Below are positions 1 to 7,498 of a stretch of 30,556 nucleotides of DNA, one piece after another (within the stretch, counting starts at the first letter, position 1; every line of letters begins with the position of its first letter). Location: IMG/VR virus record IMGVR_UViG_3300020045_007403, positions 1 to 30,556 of that record; one strand, 5' to 3'. The notes below the pieces were generated by a model, which was not told the origin of the DNA, did no database searches, and worked only from the letters and a program-made list of their open reading frames with translations. A program made the position numbers and the translations under genes. This stretch comes from a virus (Duplodnaviria; Caudoviricetes).

Positions 1-1
1 A

Positions 2-1720
2 AATGGCACCGACACACTCATTGAGTGGAACGATGGTCAATCACGCACGTACAACGCTCATCGTGCGAATTCCACGTATAGCAGGACGGGCGACACGTTC
101 AGAATCCTTGCGGACGGGAATCCGAACGTGATTGGAGAGTTCCAAAATGCAGACCTCGATACCCCGCTTGCAGACGCCGACGCTTTGGAGGTAGCGTTGC
201 AGGGTTTTTTTAGCGGTGCGGTCTCTGGCGGCTTAGTGGCTACCATGACCATTGCAGAATTGCAGGCTGCAATCGCAGCCGAATCGCTAGGCGACTACAT
301 TCTAGGCACTATCAAGGTTTCCGACGCCGGCGACCGTGGCTTGTACCTTACCGTCACAAGCGCATCAACCGTTTCCCTTGAGGGGAATGCTCTCATGTTA
401 AATGCTGTGTTTGGGGGGCAAACGGCGGGGGATGATAGCGACATTGAGACGTTGACGGGAATTGCCCCACAGACCCCATTTTTCGGGCAATGGACACCAG
501 CATTGGTTGGAATGGGAATAATCTATTCTGCACAATCAGGCACCTTCACCGATGGCGAACCAATAAGCAACGGAATTGGGTGGACCGGGGTGTTGATTAC
601 GGATGATGCGGGAACAACGCTATTGTGTTACCAAACATCAACTGGTGAGCCACTTCCGCTCAATGGTCAGACAATCACTGGCGGAACATCGGGGGAAACT
701 GCAACGGTTGACTATTCTTTAAATAACAATCTAGGTGTGGTTGTTACGTGGACAGACACTGCACAGCCAGAGCTTGGGCCGCTACATTACCAACTGGTCG
801 ACTTTCTTGAAATGGACGGAACCGACCCCGCCACCAACACGGCGGCCTACACCGTCCTACCACGTGGAGCCGAAAATTACGGCTACATCGAAGTCAGCCG
901 ACCAGTCAAGTTCAATGTCGCATTGGGCCTCATTACAATGATCGACGGCGGCGGAATCAAGGTTATCAATGATGCAGGATATGCACCCGCATTGTACGGT
1001 TTGCCATTCGGTAGCCCTGCATATTCACAAGTGCTGATCGACAACGGGCAGATGTACTATTACAACTCATTGGGAGCCTCCCACGCCAATATCAAAATTG
1101 CGTCGGGCGGTCAATTGGGCCAAAATTCCACAATTGGGGCGGGTGCGTATCTTGAGAACATTGAACTTGAGCCGAACGCAGTTTTGCAAGCAAGCATCGC
1201 GGCGGATCAATCACTCAAAAATGTCACGGTCAAAAATGGTGTTTTGTACACCGGCAAAACCGTCACCGACCTTGTGGAGAGCTACCAACAGATTACGGAA
1301 TCGGATGCTGTCACAGAGAATGTAACTACGCCACAATTCGACAATTTGGGAAAGCGGGTCACAACGCTTGTAATCCCCTCTGGACTTGTTGGGATTGGTG
1401 CTGGATTTGAAATCCTCGCAGCCGCTCCTGCTGGGTATTACTACTCGGACATTGTCGTGACCGCAATCAGGGCGGCGGGGGATGCTTACACCTCCCAACC
1501 GATGTACATTTCGAGAGATTTGATAACACCTGTAAGCATATTGTCAACAATGGGCACAACAGGCACGACGGAGGCCGTTTGTCAGTTCCAAATCGCTGGC
1601 ACGGGTGAAGACAACGAAGCTGCGCTGGGGGTGTATATCAACACCGACTCGTATGCTGATCCAGTTGGCGGCACAGGTACGCTTACCGTGATCTGCAAAT
1701 ACCACTTGATTGCGATCTGA
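2..1720 (+). CDS. Putative virion structural (tail/fibre-like) protein, 5'-truncated by window edge
   Basis: The frame of ORF 128..1720 is open from base 2 (NGTDTLIEWNDGQ...), so the true start lies outside the window. G/T/A-rich acidic beta-type composition with motif GQTITGGTSGETATV; followed by a terminator. Confidence 0.6.
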   Translation, partial: NGTDTLIEWNDGQSRTYNAHRANSTYSRTGDTFRILADGNPNVIGEFQNADLDTPLADADALEVALQGFFSGAVSGGLVATMTIAELQAAIAAESLGDYILGTIKVSDAGDRGLYLTVTSASTVSLEGNALMLNAVFGGQTAGDDSDIETLTGIAPQTPFFGQWTPALVGMGIIYSAQSGTFTDGEPISNGIGWTGVLITDDAGTTLLCYQTSTGEPLPLNGQTITGGTSGETATVDYSLNNNLGVVVTWTDTAQPELGPLHYQLVDFLEMDGTDPATNTAAYTVLPRGAENYGYIEVSRPVKFNVALGLITMIDGGGIKVINDAGYAPALYGLPFGSPAYSQVLIDNGQMYYYNSLGASHANIKIASGGQLGQNSTIGAGAYLENIELEPNAVLQASIAADQSLKNVTVKNGVLYTGKTVTDLVESYQQITESDAVTENVTTPQFDNLGKRVTTLVIPSGLVGIGAGFEILAAAPAGYYYSDIVVTAIRAAGDAYTSQPMYISRDLITPVSILSTMGTTGTTEAVCQFQIAGTGEDNEAALGVYINTDSYADPVGGTGTLTVICKYHLIAI

Positions 1721-1737
1721 TCCAATCTCGATGAATG

Positions 1738-1767
1738 AAAAACGGCTCCTTAATCGGGGCCGTTTTT
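1738..1767. terminator. Bidirectional intrinsic terminator
   Basis: AAAAACGGCTCC-ttaatc-GGGGCCGTTTTT between convergent genes. Confidence 0.85.
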
Positions 1768-1800
1768 GTTGGCGTAAAATTGGAATAATACCGCCTGTGA
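1738..1800 (-). ncRNA. Candidate ~60-nt small RNA (hairpin + terminator)
   Basis: Minus strand: TATATTTG box (1808-1801), then hairpin GGC(G)GTA/TACGCC (1795-1771) with loop TTATTCCAATTT, then the terminator. No ORF. Confidence 0.45.
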
Positions 1801-1808
1801 CAAATATA
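1801..1808 (-). promoter_or_regulatory. Bacteroidota sigma-70 -7 box (TATATTTG)
   Basis: Exact TAnnTTTG in AT-rich intergenic DNA just after the stop of 1819..2061. Confidence 0.6.
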
Positions 1809-1818
1809 GGAATATTTT

Positions 1819-2061
1819 TTAGAAGTCGTCAATCACGACGGTGCCAACGCCGCCTTCATCGGTCGTGATCCTGATGCACTCGGTCGTGATCTTATCAACC
1901 TCTTTGGTCGCCGCTTCTTCACTTTCGCCCGACGCGAAGATGTTGCCCTCGACAACAACGTGAAACAGCTTTCCTTCGTCGTCGTTTTGGACTTCGATGG
2001 CCGTGCCGGGTCGCATCCAAAGAGCTTGCCCTTTTTTGTTTTTGATCCAAATCATTATCAT
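1819..2061 (-). CDS. Hypothetical protein (80 aa)
   Basis: ATGA overlap with the upstream gene; protein-like composition. Confidence 0.75.
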   Translation of the reverse strand: MIMIWIKNKKGQALWMRPGTAIEVQNDDEGKLFHVVVEGNIFASGESEEAATKEVDKITTECIRITTDEGGVGTVVIDDF

Positions 2062-2450
2062 TTTTTCAGTGCTTTAATTTCATGCTCTAATCCAGAAATG
2101 CGCTTATCAAGCTCGTGACTTCGCTCTCTGTCCTCCTTTGACTCAGAAGCAAACCCGTCAAATGCCTTTTGTGTATGCGATTCGAGCTTGTCAAATTTGG
2201 CGGCGATGTCGTTTTGGAGCTTGTCCCTAGCTGCGACTCTAGCGGCATTTTCATCCTTCCATTGCTGTTCGCGGATGGCATCTTGTTTGTCTCTATACTT
2301 TGTGGCACGGCGGTCAAAAAAGACAGCGCAACCAAGACAAAACGCAGATACGCAAACCAAGATTGCAAATCCAAAGCCGAAGCCATTTCCGCTTGTGGGC
2401 GATTGCTTGAATGCCTCGCTGATAAGCCTCTGTACCGTGATGCTGTCCAT
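2058..2450 (-). CDS. Single-TM membrane protein with C-terminal coiled coil (holin/XhlA-like candidate)
   Basis: Hydrophobic FGFGFAILVCVSAFCLGCAVFF followed by a charged heptad-like tail ending RISGLEHEIKALKK. Confidence 0.6.
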   Translation of the reverse strand: MDSITVQRLISEAFKQSPTSGNGFGFGFAILVCVSAFCLGCAVFFDRRATKYRDKQDAIREQQWKDENAARVAARDKLQNDIAAKFDKLESHTQKAFDGFASESKEDRERSHELDKRISGLEHEIKALKK

Positions 2451-2547
2451 GAATCGCTTTGATTTACTGCAAATATGCTATTTTTATCGCCCATTGGGAT
2501 GCTAATTTTACTACAATCTATGTAATTCCTTACATCGCAAATATAAC

Positions 2548-2575
2548 AAAGAAAGGGCGATCCTTGAACCGCCCT
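2548..2575 (-). terminator. Intrinsic terminator after 2604 gene
   Basis: Minus strand AGGGCGGT-tcaagg-ATCGCCCT followed by TTCTTT; a TATATTTG box (2545-2538) follows directly. Confidence 0.65.
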
Positions 2576-2603
2576 CCCAAAATTCCACCTAAACATGCAA
2601 AAG

Positions 2604-3179
2604 TTACCGCTTTCTCTGCAAATAAGCACCATTCGGCTTAAATTCTGTGACCTCAATCATTGTGATCGGATCGAAGTATTTGAATTGCTGTGTTGGTTTG
2701 GGTTCTTCGATTCCGGTTGGGATTTGGCAGGTTGTTAGGTCTAAGAGGATTTCTGATAGCTCTTCTTGGTGTGATGTTGTGGTTTTTACAAGAATCTCCA
2801 CATCGTTTCCCTCCGCTCCACAAACAACGACTTGTGAGTTGCCAATTACCGAAAATTCCACGACCAATGCCATTCCTGCCATTCCGGACGGTGGCAAAAT
2901 AGCGCAAGTGTCCCAAATCATGTAATCGCAAAATGTCGTAATTTGAACAGAAAACAGAGCATTGTTGGGAGAATTCAGAAAAAAGTGACCGTCGAAATTG
3001 TCCGGCAATTCCCATGCAACACACCCATCCGCAGGACATTGTGTGCATCGTGGTTGAATGTTGCCAATATTGGCCGTGTCCATCACAATTGGCGAACATA
3101 TCGAATCATAGCCACATTGCCCAAAAACCAAATATGCCAATGCAAGAACAAACAGGGTGATTAATACAGCTTTTTTCAT
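2604..3179 (-). CDS. Secreted Cys-rich protein with Sec signal peptide and possible degenerate T9SS C-terminal domain
   Basis: MKKAVLITLFVLALAYLVFG|QC signal peptide; C-terminus TGIEE...KYFD...EV...PNGAYLQRKR. Alternative start at 3191. Confidence 0.7.
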   Translation of the reverse strand: MKKAVLITLFVLALAYLVFGQCGYDSICSPIVMDTANIGNIQPRCTQCPADGCVAWELPDNFDGHFFLNSPNNALFSVQITTFCDYMIWDTCAILPPSGMAGMALVVEFSVIGNSQVVVCGAEGNDVEILVKTTTSHQEELSEILLDLTTCQIPTGIEEPKPTQQFKYFDPITMIEVTEFKPNGAYLQRKR

Positions 3180-3183
3180 GGAA

Positions 3184-4266
3184 TTAGGCATATAGTGACC
3201 ATTTCGCCAAAGTGGCGATAAATATCAATCTGATTGATTCTAGGGCCGCAACCGTTACAGATGAAGCCAAGTTTGAACCCGCTGCGCCCGAATCGAAAAA
3301 CAAAGTATTCGCAGCCATTTCATTGGTAATTGAGATCACAGCACCATCAGCCGCAACCGTGGAAATGACTTCAATCGTGCCATTTGCTTCGGCTCCATCA
3401 ATGCCATCGGTACCACCATTGACAACACCAAATCCCAATGCAGACGAAACCGCGCTGCCTGTGTCTACGGTTGTAAGCGGATATGTAGCAGATGCGCCAC
3501 GACCATCAGGCACGATTACGGTTACGACATTTGTAGCCACCGACGCATCGTATAGATGCTCAAGTGCTGCGTATCGGGCCTGAATGTCAAGTTTCAAGCC
3601 TGTTGCTACGGCGTTGTTTCCGGGCGTTCCCGTGTACGTATATGACCCTAGAAATATCGTGCCAGCACCTTCATCCACGTAAGCCTCGACGGTACCGCTT
3701 GCGCCACTTGCTGAAATTGTGACGCTTCCAGTTGCTTTCGTTTCGCCTGTGTAGTACTTCACAGCGACCGACGTGGACAACATAGGCAATGTAGCAGACG
3801 TAATAATCGTGTGATCGGGCCGCGTCGGTAATTCAACCCTTGGATTTGAATCGACTATTTTCCAAGCACCGCCAACGAGCATGTAGGTAGCGAACATCGT
3901 AGAATCTGTGAGCATGAACCCGACGGCCCCGCCTAATTGGATATTCAGGTAAAAGCCCAATTCGGGTTCAATTTGGATCGTGTCACCGTTGACGAATGGG
4001 TAAATTCCTGTGTTCGTGATTGCTGTAATCGTTCCAACGGATGAAATACCACGCGCTTTGATCCAATTCCATTTACCGCGACGCTCGACCTCCAATGTAG
4101 TAGATGGCATCGTGAATGTCTGATAATCGGCGGGCGACTTCCAGCCTGCATTAGCAATCTGTGCTTGTGTTTGGAAATTCGCGGCGGTCAATGGTGTAGT
4201 ACCTGCGAATGTCGCAAGTAACGCCCTGATGGCTATCGTTTCCGCTTGAGTTAGTTCAGACTGCAT
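3184..4266 (-). CDS. Putative virion structural protein (360 aa)
   Basis: T/G/A/S-rich beta-type sequence including KATGSVTISASGASGTV; own TAnnTTTG box 4 nt upstream of the ATG. Confidence 0.6.
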   Translation of the reverse strand: MQSELTQAETIAIRALLATFAGTTPLTAANFQTQAQIANAGWKSPADYQTFTMPSTTLEVERRGKWNWIKARGISSVGTITAITNTGIYPFVNGDTIQIEPELGFYLNIQLGGAVGFMLTDSTMFATYMLVGGAWKIVDSNPRVELPTRPDHTIITSATLPMLSTSVAVKYYTGETKATGSVTISASGASGTVEAYVDEGAGTIFLGSYTYTGTPGNNAVATGLKLDIQARYAALEHLYDASVATNVVTVIVPDGRGASATYPLTTVDTGSAVSSALGFGVVNGGTDGIDGAEANGTIEVISTVAADGAVISITNEMAANTLFFDSGAAGSNLASSVTVAALESIRLIFIATLAKWSLYA

Positions 4267-4270
4267 AGGC

Positions 4271-4278
4271 CAAATATA
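4271..4278 (-). promoter_or_regulatory. -7 box abutting start codon (leaderless-type)
   Basis: TATATTTG-GCCT-ATG(4266). Confidence 0.7.
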
Positions 4279-4313
4279 GCAATTTTAGACAAAATCATCT
4301 TCGAGGCTTTGGA

Positions 4314-4553
4314 TCATCGCAATCTATCCTCCATTCTTTCCTTCATCCTGCATTCGGTTTCGGCTCTACGTTGGGGCAATTCAGCGTACTTTGCTGCAAG
4401 GTCGGGGTAATGAGGCCGCTCGTAGTTCACTAGCGTTGCCCGTGGTTTGAGCTGAACGGGCTTGTAGCCGTGGCGATCAAAGTGTATATGGATTGCCGCC
4501 GTTGCGTACAAATAGGCCAAAAACAGGTAAGCGGTGGGTAATGATGATTTCAT
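4314..4553 (-). CDS. Hypothetical protein with N-terminal hydrophobic segment
   Basis: Start overlaps the upstream stop; last gene of a tightly coupled operon. Confidence 0.6.
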   Translation of the reverse strand: MKSSLPTAYLFLAYLYATAAIHIHFDRHGYKPVQLKPRATLVNYERPHYPDLAAKYAELPQRRAETECRMKERMEDRLR

Positions 4554-4768
4554 TTATTTTCTAGTGTGAAAATGTATTCCCCCATTTCGGATATGATTTT
4601 CCTCAATCTTCTCACCTCTTCGTTGTATTTCTCCTTTTCAAACCTCGAATACGGTCCATCAAACTTCTCGCAACTGCAATCCTCTATGTCATTGGAGTGG
4701 GCAACGGAGTAGCAGCCGGGAACAAGAACCTTTCCAATTTCGGAATCGTGGACGTATCTGCATCTCAT
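4550..4768 (-). CDS. Small Cys-containing hypothetical protein (72 aa)
   Basis: Start reassigned to ATG 4768 (ATGA overlap with 4765 stop): MRCRYVHDSEIGKVLVPGCY...DCSC. Confidence 0.7.
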   Translation of the reverse strand: MRCRYVHDSEIGKVLVPGCYSVAHSNDIEDCSCEKFDGPYSRFEKEKYNEEVRRLRKIISEMGEYIFTLENK

Positions 4769-5124
4769 TTCGGTCTGATTAGTAGCCATTCCTGCAAATA
4801 TTGCTCTTCTTGTGCTGGAGTCTTTGTAGAAACAAGGCAATCCTCTGAGTCGGCAACGGGCCGCCAAAAACACCCGTCGGTTCCAATTTCTAGTTGAGCC
4901 TTTTCGCAAAGATTGTCGAGGGCGGCGGCGATCACAGAAACCCTTGACCTATACCACGATTCCTTTTCCTCCGAGCCTGTTATTTTGCCCGAATTTGGGT
5001 TGTGAAATTCTCTCCTATCGGGGCCATGTTCGGCAACGTGGTCGAAAGCTTCCACCATTTCCTTTGCAAATTCCCACTCAGCAAGCAACTCCCCTGCTGT
5101 TGGGTTTTCATCAATTGGTTTCAT
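4765..5124 (-). CDS. Hypothetical protein (119 aa)
   Basis: ATGA-coupled on both sides. Confidence 0.7.
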   Translation of the reverse strand: MKPIDENPTAGELLAEWEFAKEMVEAFDHVAEHGPDRREFHNPNSGKITGSEEKESWYRSRVSVIAAALDNLCEKAQLEIGTDGCFWRPVADSEDCLVSTKTPAQEEQYLQEWLLIRPK

Positions 5125-5381
5125 AGCATCACTTTTACTTGATAAGCCTCATAATCGTACAGGTTGCATGAATAATGCTCCATTCCCTCAGTGACTAGGT
5201 AATGAATTGGCTTGCGATCAGATACCCTTTCGCTAGTCCATGTCCATTTCCCACCCTCCGATCTTTCGGGCAATGTAACGACCTCAACCTTTATTCCAAC
5301 ACCCATTTCATACTCATAATGGATGTCACCAACTTTAATTTCCTCGACAATTACATTGCCTTTTGTGTATGTTTTTCCCAT
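5121..5381 (-). CDS. Hypothetical protein (86 aa)
   Basis: Tightly packed in the operon; protein-like composition. Confidence 0.75.
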   Translation of the reverse strand: MGKTYTKGNVIVEEIKVGDIHYEYEMGVGIKVEVVTLPERSEGGKWTWTSERVSDRKPIHYLVTEGMEHYSCNLYDYEAYQVKVML

Positions 5382-5382
5382 A

Positions 5383-5997
5383 TCAATCTTGTTTTAGTGT
5401 TTCTTTCTGCCTTTGTGCAAGCTCCCACGCCATGAATGCCATTGCCGCACCAAATTCAGACGCTTGCTGAATTGTCATCATGCTATAATTCCCACGGCAG
5501 GTAATCTTCAATGATCGAGACTCGTTCGGCTCCCAAATTTCGCGAATAGTAATATGCTGATCCTTTTCGCACCGCTCCAAAAGGACGGAGCGGAGGGATT
5601 TGATCTTGTCCTGTGCCCAAGTAATGTCTTTTGCAGCAGCCTCGCGGTAAGGGCAATAATCGCCATCGGTGGGAGTTTCGAGAAATTTGGCATTCTTTCG
5701 AGTTTGCTTTAATAGCATTCGCAATTCCCCCCAAAGCTCTGCGATGGTTGGGGTTGGTGCCGCTTCTTTTGGCATTCTTGACTTTGGAATTTGTGGCGAT
5801 TTTCCCCACCACGGGCAATTATAGCAAATGGGAATGTCGCTACCAATGGCATCTAGGCTGCTTTGCGTACGCTCCAAAATCAAATCCATGTCTTTGATTG
5901 GGTCAAGCGTGGCCCTAATTAATTCCCTGCGTCCATCAACCACAAGGTAGAAGCTTCCAACCGTGTGCATTACTTCAAGTACGAATTCAACTTTCAT
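5383..5997 (-). CDS. Hypothetical protein (204 aa)
   Basis: ATGA overlap with the upstream gene; CYNC motif. Confidence 0.7.
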   Translation of the reverse strand: MKVEFVLEVMHTVGSFYLVVDGRRELIRATLDPIKDMDLILERTQSSLDAIGSDIPICYNCPWWGKSPQIPKSRMPKEAAPTPTIAELWGELRMLLKQTRKNAKFLETPTDGDYCPYREAAAKDITWAQDKIKSLRSVLLERCEKDQHITIREIWEPNESRSLKITCRGNYSMMTIQQASEFGAAMAFMAWELAQRQKETLKQD

Positions 5998-6353
5998 ACC
6001 GCTTGCCCTCCCTTCCAGTTTTCGAGGGCAATTTCAGCAACCATTTGGGGCGTGTCTGCAATTTGCTCGTGTTCAGAATCATCATTCCAATCCCTGATCG
6101 TTTCCAACGCCTCCACCAACTCCCTAGAGTCGAGGCGAAGGAGGCAATAAAACAGCTCAACAACAAGGTCGTCACATGTTTCGTGGAATAAAGACGAGTG
6201 CCCCATAATGAGTATTTCCCAAGCGGGTGAATTGCCGCCCTTTCGCTTAATGAGCGGTATCAGCGTATTTGGGAGTTGCACAACCTGTCTGGTATCCGGA
6301 CAAAGCCTCTCGCACTCTGCGAGGACGGCTTGCATTTTTTGTGGTGTTTTCAT
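5994..6353 (-). CDS. Hypothetical protein (119 aa)
   Basis: Start reassigned to MKTPQK at 6353 (ATGA overlap with 6350 stop). Confidence 0.7.
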   Translation of the reverse strand: MKTPQKMQAVLAECERLCPDTRQVVQLPNTLIPLIKRKGGNSPAWEILIMGHSSLFHETCDDLVVELFYCLLRLDSRELVEALETIRDWNDDSEHEQIADTPQMVAEIALENWKGGQAV

Positions 6354-6610
6354 TTCGATTCGATTAAAAAAGCCTCTTGAGCAAACTTGAAGACAGGATT
6401 GTAAAGATCGGTTTCCTCCGAATAAACAAGGGTTACGGCTCCCTGAAAGCATATTAGTTTGAAGTTTCGTTCGGGGTCAAATGTCAGCGTAAATCCGTCA
6501 GTGATGTACCAATCTGAATCCCTCAATAATTTTTTGCTAAACTCCAACACTGCTATTCGCCTTTCTCGTCTGTCTAGACCCCGCATGCTTTTACCTGCTT
6601 GCTTACCCAT
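6350..6610 (-). CDS. Hypothetical protein (86 aa)
   Basis: Start reassigned to MGKQAG at 6610, an 8-nt overlap with the end of the upstream gene. Confidence 0.65.
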   Translation of the reverse strand: MGKQAGKSMRGLDRRERRIAVLEFSKKLLRDSDWYITDGFTLTFDPERNFKLICFQGAVTLVYSEETDLYNPVFKFAQEAFLIESK

Positions 6611-7460
6611 TTCCGTCCCCCTTTCCTTGTGGCTGCAAAGCCCGTTGGTTCCATTTTTCAATACACTTTTCTTTAGCCCATTCAAGAGATTGGCTAATAA
6701 CGCCCACCTTCTTTGATGTACAACACCCGAACGTCTTGCACTTGATTTCGTACGCCCGCTTCTCTGTCCACTCGTTGCCGAATTGATACATATCAATGTC
6801 CTTTCCCCCACAAAACGGGCAAGGCAGCAACCCGTTTTCATCCCTTTCCTCGATCGCGGGGGATTCCGCCAACCCATCAATTTTGCAATCTTCGCATGGG
6901 CGAACTTGCAAAACTTCACCTGAAACAACGGGGCAATCATCGTGTCCATACTTACATCCATGCTCTTTACAGCAATGCGCTGCATGAACGCCAATCTTCC
7001 TGTCTGTTTTTTCCGCTTGTGATACGGGCGGTGTGGATAGTAGGAGGTCTTTGGCAGTTGTTTTGAAACTGGTGATGGCTTGGTAGGCATCGCCATAGTC
7101 TGCTGTGCTTGCGTTTGCGACCTCGTTGACAAATGCCCTTAGCCGCTCGTTGTCGGCTTTGAGGGTTGTAATTTTGTCCTCTGATGCACAAAGAAGGTCA
7201 ACACCTCCCTGCACCATTGATTCTTTCAGGCTTACCAACCTTTTGAGTTCGGTAATCTCTGCATCCTTGGCGGCAATCTCCCTTGCGTGGTTTTCCCGCT
7301 CGACATGAACCGCAAGCCTTACATGGTCGGCAACCTCCGAAGCTGCGTAGGTATTCATGGCTACAATTGCTTTATGGTAGGCAACCATTGAGGGCGGCCT
7401 GCCATAAGTCCATCGCTTGCGCTCCGTAGTGGTAATAAGGTGCTTTTCTTGCTCTGTCAT
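6603..7460 (-). CDS. Multi-domain early protein with C-terminal Lar (restriction alleviation)-family Zn domain
   Basis: C-terminal LLPCPFCGG...IKCKTFGC...EKWNQRA is the Lar-family pattern; central HCCKEHGCKYGHDDCPV..PCEDC; N-terminal coiled coil. Confidence 0.7.
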   Translation of the reverse strand: MTEQEKHLITTTERKRWTYGRPPSMVAYHKAIVAMNTYAASEVADHVRLAVHVERENHAREIAAKDAEITELKRLVSLKESMVQGGVDLLCASEDKITTLKADNERLRAFVNEVANASTADYGDAYQAITSFKTTAKDLLLSTPPVSQAEKTDRKIGVHAAHCCKEHGCKYGHDDCPVVSGEVLQVRPCEDCKIDGLAESPAIEERDENGLLPCPFCGGKDIDMYQFGNEWTEKRAYEIKCKTFGCCTSKKVGVISQSLEWAKEKCIEKWNQRALQPQGKGDGNG

Positions 7461-7476
7461 AAACTTCCAATTTCCA

Positions 7477-7498
7477 CAAATATAGACAAAATATTAAT
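7477..7498 (-). promoter_or_regulatory. ATTAATATT-N5-TATATTTG promoter
   Basis: Minus strand ATTAATATTttgtcTATATTTG, overlapping the terL stop and 16 nt upstream of ATG 7460. Confidence 0.75.

Noticed and set aside
2451-2656. ORF 2087..2656 spanning the intergenic region
   Set aside because: It crosses a terminator and a promoter box and overlaps a better gene in another frame.
6611-7132. Long upstream extension of ORF 6350..7132 overlapping the Lar-domain gene (possible overprinting or frameshift)
   Set aside because: The extension reads as off-frame, Arg/Ser/Lys-rich sequence; ATG 6610 gives a normal short overlap; no slippery site noticed.
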